A stretch of 64,000 nucleotides of DNA, from the NCBI RefSeq assembly GCF_026571515.1, contig NW_026862398.1, positions 1 to 64,000 of the forward strand, given 5' to 3'. Under the pieces are notes generated by a model. The model had not been told where the DNA came from, did not search any database, and was given only the letters and a program-made list of their open reading frames with translations. Positions 10,631-22,522 of the stretch are shown piece by piece; position 1 is the stretch's first letter; each line of letters begins with the position of its first letter. This DNA is from Ruditapes philippinarum (lineage: Eukaryota). A program made the translations under genes and the position numbers.

Positions 10631-12620
10631 TCAACTTTGTGATTTTCAAATATATTGTTTGTTTCTCTTACTCGAGAGAGAGCGTTCCTATCAAGATTGT
10701 TTTCTATTCTTTTAAACAGACGGTACACTTTCAAATTTGGCATAATATCCATTATTTAAATTGCGTACAGTTTTGTTATCCTCTACGGAACATTTTTTTG
10801 TGCTTACAATAATTTACAAAACTCGTTAATTTATATGAAATTGTGTGTTAGCCGATTATATAGCTTTATCTCATATTTACTAACAATCGTGGGACGTATA
10901 AACTCTTACATTTGAAATAATGTCTGGCACATTTGAAACATTTATTGTATCCTTGACAAACTTGCAACTGATACTCATAACACAAACCCTCTGAATTTCA
11001 TTTAGTTTTATCGAACATTAATACATTAAAGGAAATCCACTGGGATTCAAAAGCCTAAAACGTGAAAATTGAAATTGTTAAAGAGATTAGAAACGGAAAT
11101 AAATTTCAAAAGATAATGTAGAAAATGAAATGAATTGAATTGAAAATGCTTTTTTTGGCGATTCCTAACCCGATTTGAGCTAAAGCAAAAGCATCTGAAC
11201 GCTTTTAATTTTTGGGGTCATTTTGCACAATTCCAATCAGTATTCTGGTAAACTGTGTTAGCGAATGATCTGAAACTTTAAATTGTACTTATTGGTCCTC
11301 ACCTACATCAAATAAAACGAAAATATCGAACAATTCTAGTCCGGTTATGCCAAATACAGAATACCGAAATATCCAAAGAACTCCATATGCCATAGGAAAT
11401 AAGAAAGAAACAAACAAAAAGCTAAGCTGAATCCCACAAAATTAGTTGCACCTTGAAAAATAATATGTCAATACCGGGATATTTGTTTATTAAGATACTT
11501 GTGTCATTTAAAGAAGGCTTTCATTAAAGATATATTTTTCATTGGTAATAAACTTTACTGCAGTTTACTTTTTCTCAATGATTTAAATCTCGAAAAATCT
11601 GAAATACATTATCATGGTATTTGACATACAAGTGTACAAGAATATATCATCAAGCATTACCTGTCTGAAACTGCAAATACATAAGTTTAAGACGCTTTCA
11701 TCAGGGCTTTTCGGCCAAAGGCTTCCTGACTTCCTGTAAAATTTACTAGGAAGAACTGAATATAAAAAGAATTTTCATTGGTCATTTTAACAATAAAAAC
11801 TTGAATTTGGAAATCTCATTGACCTTTACCTGACTGAAATTGCAAATTCACAATTTTAAGCCGTTTTCATGAAGGTTTTACCTTACCTTTACAATTTCCG
11901 GTTGAATAGTTACAAACTCCTCTATTTGTTAAGTGTCTGTCTTATAGTTTTAACGCATCAAAAATTTAAACTAACAAGCTTTCAAAATCATTTAAGATAA
12001 TAAAGCACCTGTGAAATCATTGATAAACCTTGATATCTTAAATATTCAAAGTATGCTAATATTAAAACGCAATCTAGAATATGATTGATTTATTTAGATG
12101 AAATATCTGAAGATGTCTCTAATATCTTAGGAGAAACGATTGAAACACATATTCCTTCATTGCATGCCAGTCTGATAAGAAGTACATAAACAATTAGGAA
12201 ATATCTGACTGTACAACTTCTAAAATGCCTTTGATACATGTATTTTGTAAAAATAGATAATAATAGTTAGATAATTTAATATAGATAATTTCACACGAAT
12301 TTCTCGAAATACTAGTAAGTTTAACATGTATTTTAATCATCAATATGTGATTGATATGTTAGTAATGAACGAAGAAATTACGTTTATCTCTCATAACATA
12401 ATTCGAACTACTTCAAGGATTTACTTTAACCCTGTTGCATCCTGCTTACTTACATGCTGCAAATCTACTGTTTATTGTCATGCAAACAAAAGATGCAGAA
12501 ATGGATCAAGACCCAGACAGGTTTTGTTAGTATATGAAAATAAATCCGCAGCTGTAGCCATTGTTGTATTTAACTATACCATTCAAATAAAAAAAAACTT
12601 GTTTTTTTGTATAACTAGTC
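10610..12620 (+). pseudogene. Degenerate TLR-like gene, copy A2
   Basis: YIKGNPLGF (~11022, LRRCT start), CQIQNTEISKELH (~11348), LHLEK (~11447), KRNLEYD (12065, then frameshifted), ITFISHNII (~12376) and NLLFIVMQ...YMKIN (~12462-12545). Confidence 0.65.
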
Positions 12621-12799
12621 TATAAAGAATGCTAAAATGAATTGATACAGAAAGTTATAATGTCAAGAATCAATCATTTAAAAAAATGACTGATAAGAAC
12701 GCTTCTATCTCGTGATCATATGATATTCGAATAATTTCAGGGAATCGACGTTGTTAAAAGGTGAGTAAATTTCCCAGGATAGAGGAATTCATTATTTAT

Positions 12800-14520
12800 G
12801 AGTAAATGATAACAATGATAAACCCCTTCGTATCACCTTTTCTCTTGTTTGAAAGAAAAACGTAACTCACTGCAACGAATTCATTGATCCAGACAGAAGA
12901 TCTAATCGCTTTTTGAAGACACATATGAAAATTATGTTAAGATCTACAAAACTTTGACTTAAAGAGTTTATCATTCAACAGTATGTCCCAATAACATGGT
13001 ATGTAATAGGCACTTACAAGCTAATACAAGTCGACTACACTTCTATCTTTAATAGAATTTTATGTTTTTATGAAAAGTGTTTAGCTTCAATCAGGTATGT
13101 TTATTAATATAAACCCGCTTCAATAAATTTCGATATCTGAAAACATAATGCATAAATATTATTACAAGACAATGTATTGCAATTTCCAATATATTGCGAT
13201 ATATTACACAACCCTAATTGTAAATCAAGCATACAAAGAATATTACTTATCTCGTGTAAAACATGTACTAGGGAATATGATGTAGGCCATTGTAATGTTT
13301 ATTAGTTTTGTGGAGACGTATCATTTAATTTAATCAGAGAAATTCTAAATTTGTAAAATCACGATTTAATCATTTCTATTGCACGTGATGCTTCAGTGTC
13401 TTGTTCGCCTAATGGAAATAAATTAACGACTTCGATAGCAGACACACGTATAATGACTGCAGTATGAAGTAACCAGGAAAATATCTGCTCATATTTATCT
13501 GTGGCATATTTGAAATATCACTGGCAGATTACAACAGTGTATTACATAATGAAAAGTTCAGTCAGATATATAAAACTTTTCAGCATGACAACCGCCAAGT
13601 TTTCCAACGAGTAATTAAAAGTGAGAAAAGAGCTTATCTAATTGAAGAGAGATATCGTTGCTGTAGAGATTTTAATTAAATCTATTAATGCTTGAACACT
13701 TCAATTATGAAATCAATTCCATCTATTTTTTCTTATTCAAGCAACCAGCATGTTTCAAACTAGATTATTTGTACCGTTTTTCGTTATTTTTGTTATTATG
13801 TCATTCTATTTATGATTCATTTGAATATGCTAAAATTGTGTTAAGGAAAATCACGTATGTTTGTCTCTGTAAAATGATATTATTTTTTTCCTTATTTATA
13901 TTTCACGCTTTCATGGCATTTTAGTAATGCTATACCGTGTCTATGTTTGTTTAAATTTACTTCCTCACGCTTCTCATTAATATAATAGTAGCAATAACGC
14001 CAAGGAGCACTTGCATATATTGTTGTTGACGATGGCGAACATATTCGATCTAATTATATAGACAGTATAAGAAACTAAATGTGTAAACACGTAATGGAAT
14101 ACAATCATATCACACTTACATTGTAAGTTGTCGTCTGCTGTTGTGATTTGCATTTTCTTTATTTCGTAATTTATGGAATTATATCGACTTCATTCATTAC
14201 ATTGGAAGTGATAACAGACGCGCTGACACACTATCAAGGTAAGGGGGCAGTGAATGTGATGTAAATAGAAATTGTAATTATTCGTAATAGGATTTCCTAT
14301 TTTTCTACTAACAGTCTGATATTTAAGTCTGTTCAATATGCTTTATTTTAAAACTGACTCAGAACATGTTCTAATACTTAACAGAAATAATTTAGGTTTT
14401 TCAGTCTTGCATTTACCATTTGTATTATTAATCACCCGTTAATCACCAAAAACTTTTCTGATATTTTAAAATATTAACCCTAGATGAATTAAACAGCATT
14501 TGACATGACTAAGATATGTC
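12800..14520 (+). pseudogene. Degenerate LRR ectodomain remnant(s), copy A2
   Basis: Close paralogue of 4860-6790, with an internal deletion near 14280. Confidence 0.35.
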
Positions 14521-14552
14521 ATTTTAATTAAACAATAATGTTTTTTTTTTCA

Positions 14553-15102
14553 TTTTTGTGTCGCATACTAAAGAGTAGCATTATTTCTCCGTCGTCAGTC
14601 TGTGTGTCTCTCCGTGCATATATTAAGGTAGGTAGGTTCTAGGATGCTGCACGAACAATAGGTAACTGTACTTTTCTATGAAATTATTCATTCCGTATAC
14701 TCTTACGTGGCTGTGTTTTCTCCAATGTGGCCTAAAGAACAATATGGAGAGCAAAAGAGTAGCCAAGTATCCAAATTTTAGTACGTTCGTTTGTCCGTCC
14801 ATCACAAAAAAAATCGGACTATTCCTCAAAAACTGCAGTTGTGCATATCATAGGCTTGTTCTAGTTCATTTTTGTCAGAGTTATAGGCCTTTAATGATTT
14901 TGGTTTTTTAAATTTGTCCAGACTATTTCTCTTACATTACTAATGCAAGTTGAATAAAATGTTACAGAATGACCTGTACCCCGAGTTCTTGCGTATATTT
15001 AACGTGTCTTTCACTTGACTGTTTTTTGACTGTCCCAATGACCCAACAATACAACTACTAAATTGGCATCAGGCGGCATATGTGATCACTGATCGCTCTT
15101 AT
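14553..15102 (+). mobile_element. HINE-like non-autonomous element, A2 copy
   Basis: Orthologue of 6818-7404. It ends ggcggcatatgtgatcactgatcgctcttatt. Confidence 0.55.
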
Positions 15103-15959
15103 TAAAATAAAAAATCTACCATTTTACCAAATTTAACTGAGGGTTATTGGCTTTACATTTGCCTCCATTTGCCATGAAGTTACTTGTTTCAAAATTCATA
15201 AAACATGCAATATTGAAATATAAATATGTAACTTTGCCCACACAAATCGAAATGGTATCATTTCACACTTGATTTTGATTGTTTCAATAAACGTTGCAAA
15301 TTCAGCCGAAATAAAAGCGGTTCTGTGTTAATCCAAACCACTGTTGAATGTTAATCTTATTAATATTACAATAATTCATTGCTGTTGCCTGTCAAACTGT
15401 CAAACTTAACTACTCTAATGATCGTTTCACGAGGATTAAATGAACTCGTGTGAAAAAATTAAATCCGTACTTCAATAACATATTTAACAACTGCCGATTA
15501 TATTTGAAACACTTAAATTAAACAATGATAAAGCTATACTTTATGCCACAATTTTTTTTGATCGCCCATTTGGAAATTTTGAAACGAGAATGAAAAAAAA
15601 ATTTTTACTCTGTCAAAAATTTTATAGCCCCAAATACCTGCAATAATGTAACATTTGATGATGGTGTGCTTAAAAAAAATGAACTTATTTCTTTCTACTT
15701 TAAATTATTTTAAAATTTTATACCCTTAGAAAAAAAAAAAAAATGTTTGGAAGCAATGGTAAACGGTTATGAAAGCTTTTCAACCGCGTTCTTTTTTCAA
15801 CAAAATAAAAAAAAAAATTTTGGACAATAAAAACCCTTTTTTAAACCCAAGCAAAATGCATTTGTTTTCAAAATTGGGCATCCCCATTTTACCATTCTTC
15901 CACAAACAAATTTTTTTTGAAGTTAAATGTATTTTAGACACAACATTTACATGCAAAGT

Positions 15960-18250
15960 GTTGCGCAATCATCATAAATTCAAATTATCGAATTAATATC
16001 GTAATATTTTATTTTCTAACTTGATAAAGTCATCTTTTATCTTACAAATAGATTTATTTGCATCTCTAAACAACGTTTTATGTTGATTAAAGTTGCACCA
16101 TACTGCGCTTTGTGTGCCTACATAAAACTAAGGTATTGCTAATTCAAATTTAATTTCAAGATACAAGAATTATTTGATTATCTAAAACTTTTTTAGAAGG
16201 AGAATTGTATTTAAGGAGATAGTTTTGCATTTCAATTTCCTTGTACACGCTGTACAAGCTGGTCTATATCATAATAGGGACAAAAGCAAATGTGTTGTAC
16301 AAGCTGGTCTATATCATATTAGGGACAAAAGCAAATGTGTTGTACAAGCTGGTCTATATCATATTAGGGACAAAAGCAAATGTGTTGTACAAGCTGGTCT
16401 ATATCATATTAGGGACAAAAGCAAATGTGTTGTACAAGCTGATCTATATCATGTTAGGGACAAAAGCATTGTGTTGTACAAGCTGATCTATATCATGTTA
16501 GGGACAAAAGCAAATGTGTTGTACAAGCGGATCTATATCATGTTAGGGACAAAAGCAAATGTGTTGTACAAGCGTATCTATATCATGTTAGGGACAAAAG
16601 CATTGTGTTGTACAAGCTGTTCTATATCATGTTAGGGACAAAAGCAGCGTGTTGTACAAGCGGTTCTATATCATGTTAGGAAAAAAAGCAATGTTTTGTA
16701 CAAGCTGTTCTATATCATGTTAGGAAAAAAGCAATGTTTTGTACAAGCTGTTCTATATCATGTTAGGGACAAAAGCATTGTGTTGTACAAGCTGTTCTAT
16801 ATCATGTTAGGGACAAAAGCATTGTGTTGTACAAGCTGTTCTATATCATGTTAGGGACAAAAGCATTGTGTTGTACAAGCTGTTCTATATCATGTTAGGG
16901 ACAAAAGCAAATGTGTTGTACAAGCTGGTCTATATCATGTTATTGACAAAAGCAAATGTGTTTTACAAGCTGGTCTATATCATGTTAGTGACAAAAGCAA
17001 ATGTGTTGTACAAGCTGGTCTATATCATATTAGGGACACAAGCAAATGTGTTGTACAAGCTGGTCTATATCATATTAGGAACACAAGCAAATGTGTTGTA
17101 AAAGCTGGTCTATATCATGTTAGGGACAAAATCATTGTGTTGTACAAGCCGGCCTATATCATATTAGGGACAAAAGCAAATGTGTTGTACAAGCTGGTCT
17201 ATATGATATTAGAGACACAAGCAAATGTGTTGTACAAGCTGGTCTATATCATATTAGGGACCAAACCATTGTGTTGTAAAAGCTGGTCTATATCATATTA
17301 GGGACAAAATCATTGTGTTGTACAAGCCGGCATATATCATGTTAGGGACAAAAGCAAATGTGTTGTACAAACAGTTTTATATCAAGTTAGGCGACAAAAG
17401 CAAATGTGTTGTAGAAGCTGGTCTATATCATATAAGGGACAAAAGCAAATGTGTTGTACAAGCTGGTCTATATCATATTAGGGACAAAGGCAGCTGTTCT
17501 ATATCATATTAGGGACAAAAGCAAATGTGTTGTACAAACTGTTCTATATCAAGTTAGGCGACAAAAGCAAATGTGTTGTAGAAGCTGGTCTATATCATAT
17601 TAGGGACAAAAGCAAATGTGTTGTACAAGCTGGTCTATATCATATTAGGGACAAAAGCAAATGTGTTGTGAAAGTTGGTTTATATCATGGTATGGACAAA
17701 ATCATTGTGTTGTACAAGCCGGCCTATGTCATGTTAGGGACAAAAGCAATGCGTTGTACAAGCAGGTCTATATCAAGTTAGGGACAAAAGCATCGTGTTG
17801 TGCAAGCTGGTCTATATCATATTAGGGACAAAATCATTGTAACGTATCGTGTTGTACAAGCTGGTCCATATCATGTTAGGGACAAAAGCAGTGCGTTATA
17901 CAAGCTGTTTGTTATCATATGAGGAGCAAAATCAATGTTCGGCAATATTTCATGGTATAAATCATTATTAAGACAGTATTGAAATATATCTATTGTTTTA
18001 CTGACACTCTGACTATACGTTGACACCGACTACACTGCTACAGTATGGAATACGTTTTGATTCGTCGGCTCTGTATAAAGATTATGTAACCGCCAGATTT
18101 GGCACCGGCGGGATTGTGTGAGCATGAATTTCACCACGTGTTTAGTAATTTTTACCACTTCAGTAAAAAATGAGTTAAGAAATAACAAACTGTGTTTTAA
18201 AAAGGATTTTTAAAAAATGTTGTAATTATTCCAAGGAAGTAAATATTGTT
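15960..18250 (+). pseudogene. C-terminal half of a degenerate TLR-like gene (unit B0), split by the 45-bp satellite
   Basis: 15960-16180 is homologous to the last LRRs of B1, B2 and B4. 17975-18040 is homologous to their post-TM region. PPDLAPAGLCEHEFHHVFSNFYHFSKK* at 18090-18173 resembles TIR box 2 joined to the WCxxEF helix. Confidence 0.6.
16250..17935 (+). repeat. 44/45-bp tandem satellite (~37 units)
   Basis: Unit GTGTTGTACAAGCTGGTCTATATCAT(A/G)TTAGGGACAAAAGCAAAT, with no spacers. This explains ORFs 16225-17781. Confidence 0.97.
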
Positions 18251-18296
18251 TTACAGTGTTCATTTACTTAATTTGATGTTGACAAACGGTATCAAA

Positions 18297-18378
18297 TTAA
18301 TGATAAGTTTTCTTTGATGCACTTTAATGATAAGTTTTCTTTGATGCACTTTAATGATAAGTTTTCTTTGATGCACTT
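18297..18378 (+). repeat. Perfect 27-bp triplication
   Basis: ttaatgataagttttctttgatgcact x3. Confidence 0.95.
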
Positions 18379-18539
18379 ATCGGTTAATGAATTAATATAT
18401 TTGTTAAGAACTTTTATAGAGTCAATGTTGTTTTGTTAATAATATGTCTGTTCTTCTGCAACTATTTGATATACATGTAATGCTAAGTGCGTCCATTGAA
18501 ATTTCAATGAAAAGTCGCAAGACTTCAAAAGAATCACCT

Positions 18540-21500
18540 TTCTACATATAAAAATGAACCTCACTTTAACCTTGTTTTATATAAGATCTATTTCCTTATT
18601 CCCATGGATATCTCAATATATCATTGTAACTACATTATAGAATAAAGTAGACATTTTGTTTTGTAATTATGTTATATCTTTGTGTATAACTTAAATGCTA
18701 TTTTTGGAGTTATAACGAGGGTGGCCCATTGGGAAGATGTTCAGACAGACATAAAGACGTCAAATGGGTCAGTATGCTACATGGTATGGTAATAAAATGA
18801 GCATCTTTAATGGTAGTGATGTTATCTTGAGACAAATGATATTAGTTTCTTCCGACGTATGAGATAGCACGTATGTAAATCACTTTCGATGATATAAGAC
18901 ACATTATGCATACGAAATAAATATATATCTATTTATGTAAAAAGGTTTAACCTGTGCCTCCTACTGTTGTAAAAGATTAAGAACATCTAAGATGAAGAAA
19001 ATAGTGCTAAATTTGAAATAATTTGTGACAAAGGTAGCAAAATTTTAACAAAATGGTGTTTTGACTTTCATACAAAATGCCAATTGAATGTTGTTATACT
19101 AACTACCAAAACACAATATGAGCGCTACATGGCCAAACCAAAAATAAAAATAAATAAATAACGAGAGCTCCGTTGAACAGGGAAAAACATACTCCAAATT
19201 ACAAATTCAAAAGAAAGGTATCCCACACAAAAATAGAAGTTCAAGATAGATACAACAAATTTATTGTTGTAAAATAGCACAAATAATGATTTATCCGTCA
19301 AATGTAGAAGCAGAAATATTCAATCGTAGAATCATACTAGCAATTGAAGATAACTGAACTTGCTTGTATATAAAAGGTCCAATAATTAATTGATTGTTTT
19401 GTTGGCACGTGTTTTGACATAACATACATGTATGACAAATATAAATGTAATCGTTAAAATTCTTCATATGTTATCCTGCTGAAACCAATACAGAAAATTT
19501 GATTAAGACTGGCATAACGTAATCAATAATTGATTGATAGCAGCAAAAACAGAACTTAACCTTTGTTTGTATATAACATACCTATTTGCCACATATAAAC
19601 ATAATCATTGAAATCCTTCAAAAGTAATCTTGCGAAACCAATTGTTCACGGACAGACGAACAAAAAGAAGTACGGACAAAGCCATACCTCCCGAAGGTTC
19701 TTCCCGATGGTTCTTCGGGCGTACAAAAAGCTTACAAAACAGATATCATCCTTTTTACCTAAAGCACCTTTAAGCGTTATAAATAGTGATTTTATTAAAG
19801 CAGAAGCTTGGTCATGTTTTTCATGGTTTTAGAATTTTCAGCAATGATACCATAAGTTTACCTCATGAATATATATGTATGTTATTGCATCAAAGATGTT
19901 TATACATCAAAATTTGATAACGATGATGAAGAACTATAATAAAACAGACATTGTGCTGTTATTGATAAAGCTTGTTATTCACTAACAAGATAAATAAGCG
20001 TAGGCAAAAAAATCACTTTTCATGTCTTCCTTGGAATACATGCCTTTATGAAAACATAAAGATTTTGCGAAATAAAATATGTTTACGAGTTTTATAACTA
20101 TAACAATTCTCCTTCTTACTAGAAAATGAGATTCCCAGATAGTTTCGTCTTGTCAGGAAAACAAAATTACATGTCCTCAACTAAGATAGATTATAATAAT
20201 TTCTATATCGAAATGAGTATATCATTTTACCAGAGTGTGCTAAGAAGAAAGTGTTAAGTGCGTAATTGTAATAGTGTGCATTATATTTGAAACGTTGGCC
20301 CGGCAAAAATATTCCACAATATTTTGTAATAATGTGTTTTACAGGCGAAACATTGGCTTGCCTAAAAAATCACTGTCTTAATGATGTGTAAAGCATTTGA
20401 TTGTGAATCTAAACTCTCAGCAGATTTTTCAGTGAGTAATATTTTGCTCAACTTTTGATACATCAGCCGCTCATACCACGTTCAAAGAGTGTCTGTTATA
20501 ATTTTCGTTGTATCAGCAACATCAACACGCAGCAAAGATGTCACCAAGGGTTTGTTTGTAAAATGTATGTGGTATATTAAAGCTCGTCAAATCCAGCCCG
20601 GACATATTGATTTCAATTAAAGCAAGAGTATCTGAACAATATGTTTACATATTAACTATATATTATTGCACATGTTTCTTTTTATATGCTACTTAACATA
20701 CATTCTTATCAAATTTGACACCGTGCATTTAAAGTAAATGTGACTTCAAAAAAGAAACCACAAAAAAACTGCTATGATATTTGTACACTTGCTTCACGCG
20801 AGAATGAAATTAATCAATTGCATTACGTGTACTTCAAATTATTTCATTTATTCATACAATTTTATATACTGGAAGGAACGACTGAATATATTTGCTTCAT
20901 CAGTTTTTTTCTAAATAAACGCTAATGTCCTCAATAAATCTGATATATCTTTTAAAGCATATGTTAATCATCTTAAAATTTATAAAATATTCCAAAATTT
21001 TATAAGAAAACAAAAACAATTTCTTTCATTTAAATTTGGGTACTTACATAAAAGTGAAAATACAGCAAAAAGTTGTAAATAACTTCTTTATGGATATGTT
21101 AACAATGTTATCTTATAAAAAAACGATTTCAGTTTGTTTATCTTGTCAGTTTGTTTATCTTGTCTAAAATGGCAAACAGTAAACTTGAAGTCGGATTAAC
21201 ATATTGCCTTTTCTTTGTAAAATGAATTTGTTTGAATGAAAACACAAATGACATATTGAATACATTGATAGACATTTGATTAATTTACGATAGACATAAA
21301 ATACCGTTTTAGCTCCCTTATGTCGGAAAAAGTCAGATAAAGAGTCGCGAGAAAGAAATAACCCCCCAAAAAACGAAACAAATATATTTAATAGTACGCA
21401 TTATCGTAACATTTATTTAAGATAAGATAAAAGACTATCGGAATTCAAATTAATTGTAATGCTAATACATAAATATATACCGAGGACCTTATACGAAAGT

Positions 21501-21790
21501 TTTCTCTTAGAATCATTTCATTAATTAAGATCATTAGTAAGGCGAATTGTAACGCCTGAGGTAATGAGAGAATATTGCAGCGGACTCTCGTTAAACGACG
21601 CTACATTTGAGACGGAAGTTTTTTTTTTAAGTTTTAGAAATAATATAACCAATTTCTTCTCATGTATCATAAATATGTTGTTCCACAGAGTTCGACCTAA
21701 GTATTTTATATCCATTGTTTAACAAAATATTATTTTTATCTTAATAAAATTTCAATTATCATTATTTATATGTGTTAAGCCCTTTACCTG
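18540..21790 (+). pseudogene. Degenerate TLR-like gene, first gene of unit B1 (most diverged copy)
   Basis: Collinear with 28030-30260 and 39907-42530: N-terminal block at 18600, LRRCT blocks at 20200 and 21060, TIR remnants at 21480-21780. Confidence 0.5.
19160..19729 (-). mobile_element. HINE-like non-autonomous element
   Basis: Begins aacgagagctc after an A-rich site. Contains a cacggacagacgaac microsatellite-like tract and a terminal hairpin cccgaag...cttcggg before aaaaa. Absent from B2-B4. Confidence 0.55.
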
Positions 21791-22454
21791 TTGGTATTTG
21801 GGATGTTAAGACCTTGGAATTGTGCTCTCAAATGTCATGAACTGTGCTTTCAATTTCATAGACGACAATATGTCTCAGGCTATGTAATATCTTTGACAAT
21901 ACCAAATGATTATAGAGAAAAAAGAAACTGTCATTAATTTTGCTGTAGAGATATTAAAACTGATAGAATTATCTATTTAGGTCATATTACCAACCGGCGG
22001 GTATTTTTGTGTGTTTTAGATGTGTTACGACTAATTTAGTTTGTATCTAAACTACAATTTAATGACACCATTACATTGATGGAAATTTATAGAAAGTAAC
22101 ATATATCAATTTCAGTTAAAAGAGAATTATACATTAAACAATTGTCACAATGTCTCTTCTAATTGAATAGAATTGATCTATTTAAACAATCAACTTTATT
22201 TTTTAACAAATTGACAATAAAGGCTTTTTTATTTGCTTATTCAACTTCTAATGTGTGCAAATGGTCCGATGTGGCGTAGATATGATATCTTTATTCGCAT
22301 TAACTTGATTGATATATTACACTCAACAATCAAATGTATATCTCATCAGTAAGTAAAGGTGACGTGAACTAATATAATAAGGGATAAAGGGAGATCCGTG
22401 AGACCAGTTAAAATGGTCAATGAAATTAATGAATATCGCAGCTAGTTAATTAGT

Positions 22455-22522
22455 TAGTGAGCGAGTGGGTAAGTTGGTGAGTGAGTGAGTGAGTGAGTGA
22501 GTGAGTGAGTGAGTGAGTGAGT
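22455..22522 (+). repeat. (GAGT)n microsatellite, possibly the tail of a minus-strand truncated LINE
   Basis: About 11 perfect GAGT units, followed by tactttatt (AATAAA on the minus strand). Confidence 0.85.

Larger units (their letters stand above)
8231..15251 (+). repeat. Tandem segmental duplication, unit A2 (paralogue of 218-7686)
   Basis: Same order of minisatellite, TLR-like remnants and HINE-like element as A1. Confidence 0.95.

Noticed and set aside
16250-17935. CRISPR array, or a repeat protein from ORFs 16225-17781
   Set aside because: Units are contiguous with no unique spacers and there are no cas genes in this eukaryotic context. The frames switch at 44-bp variants.
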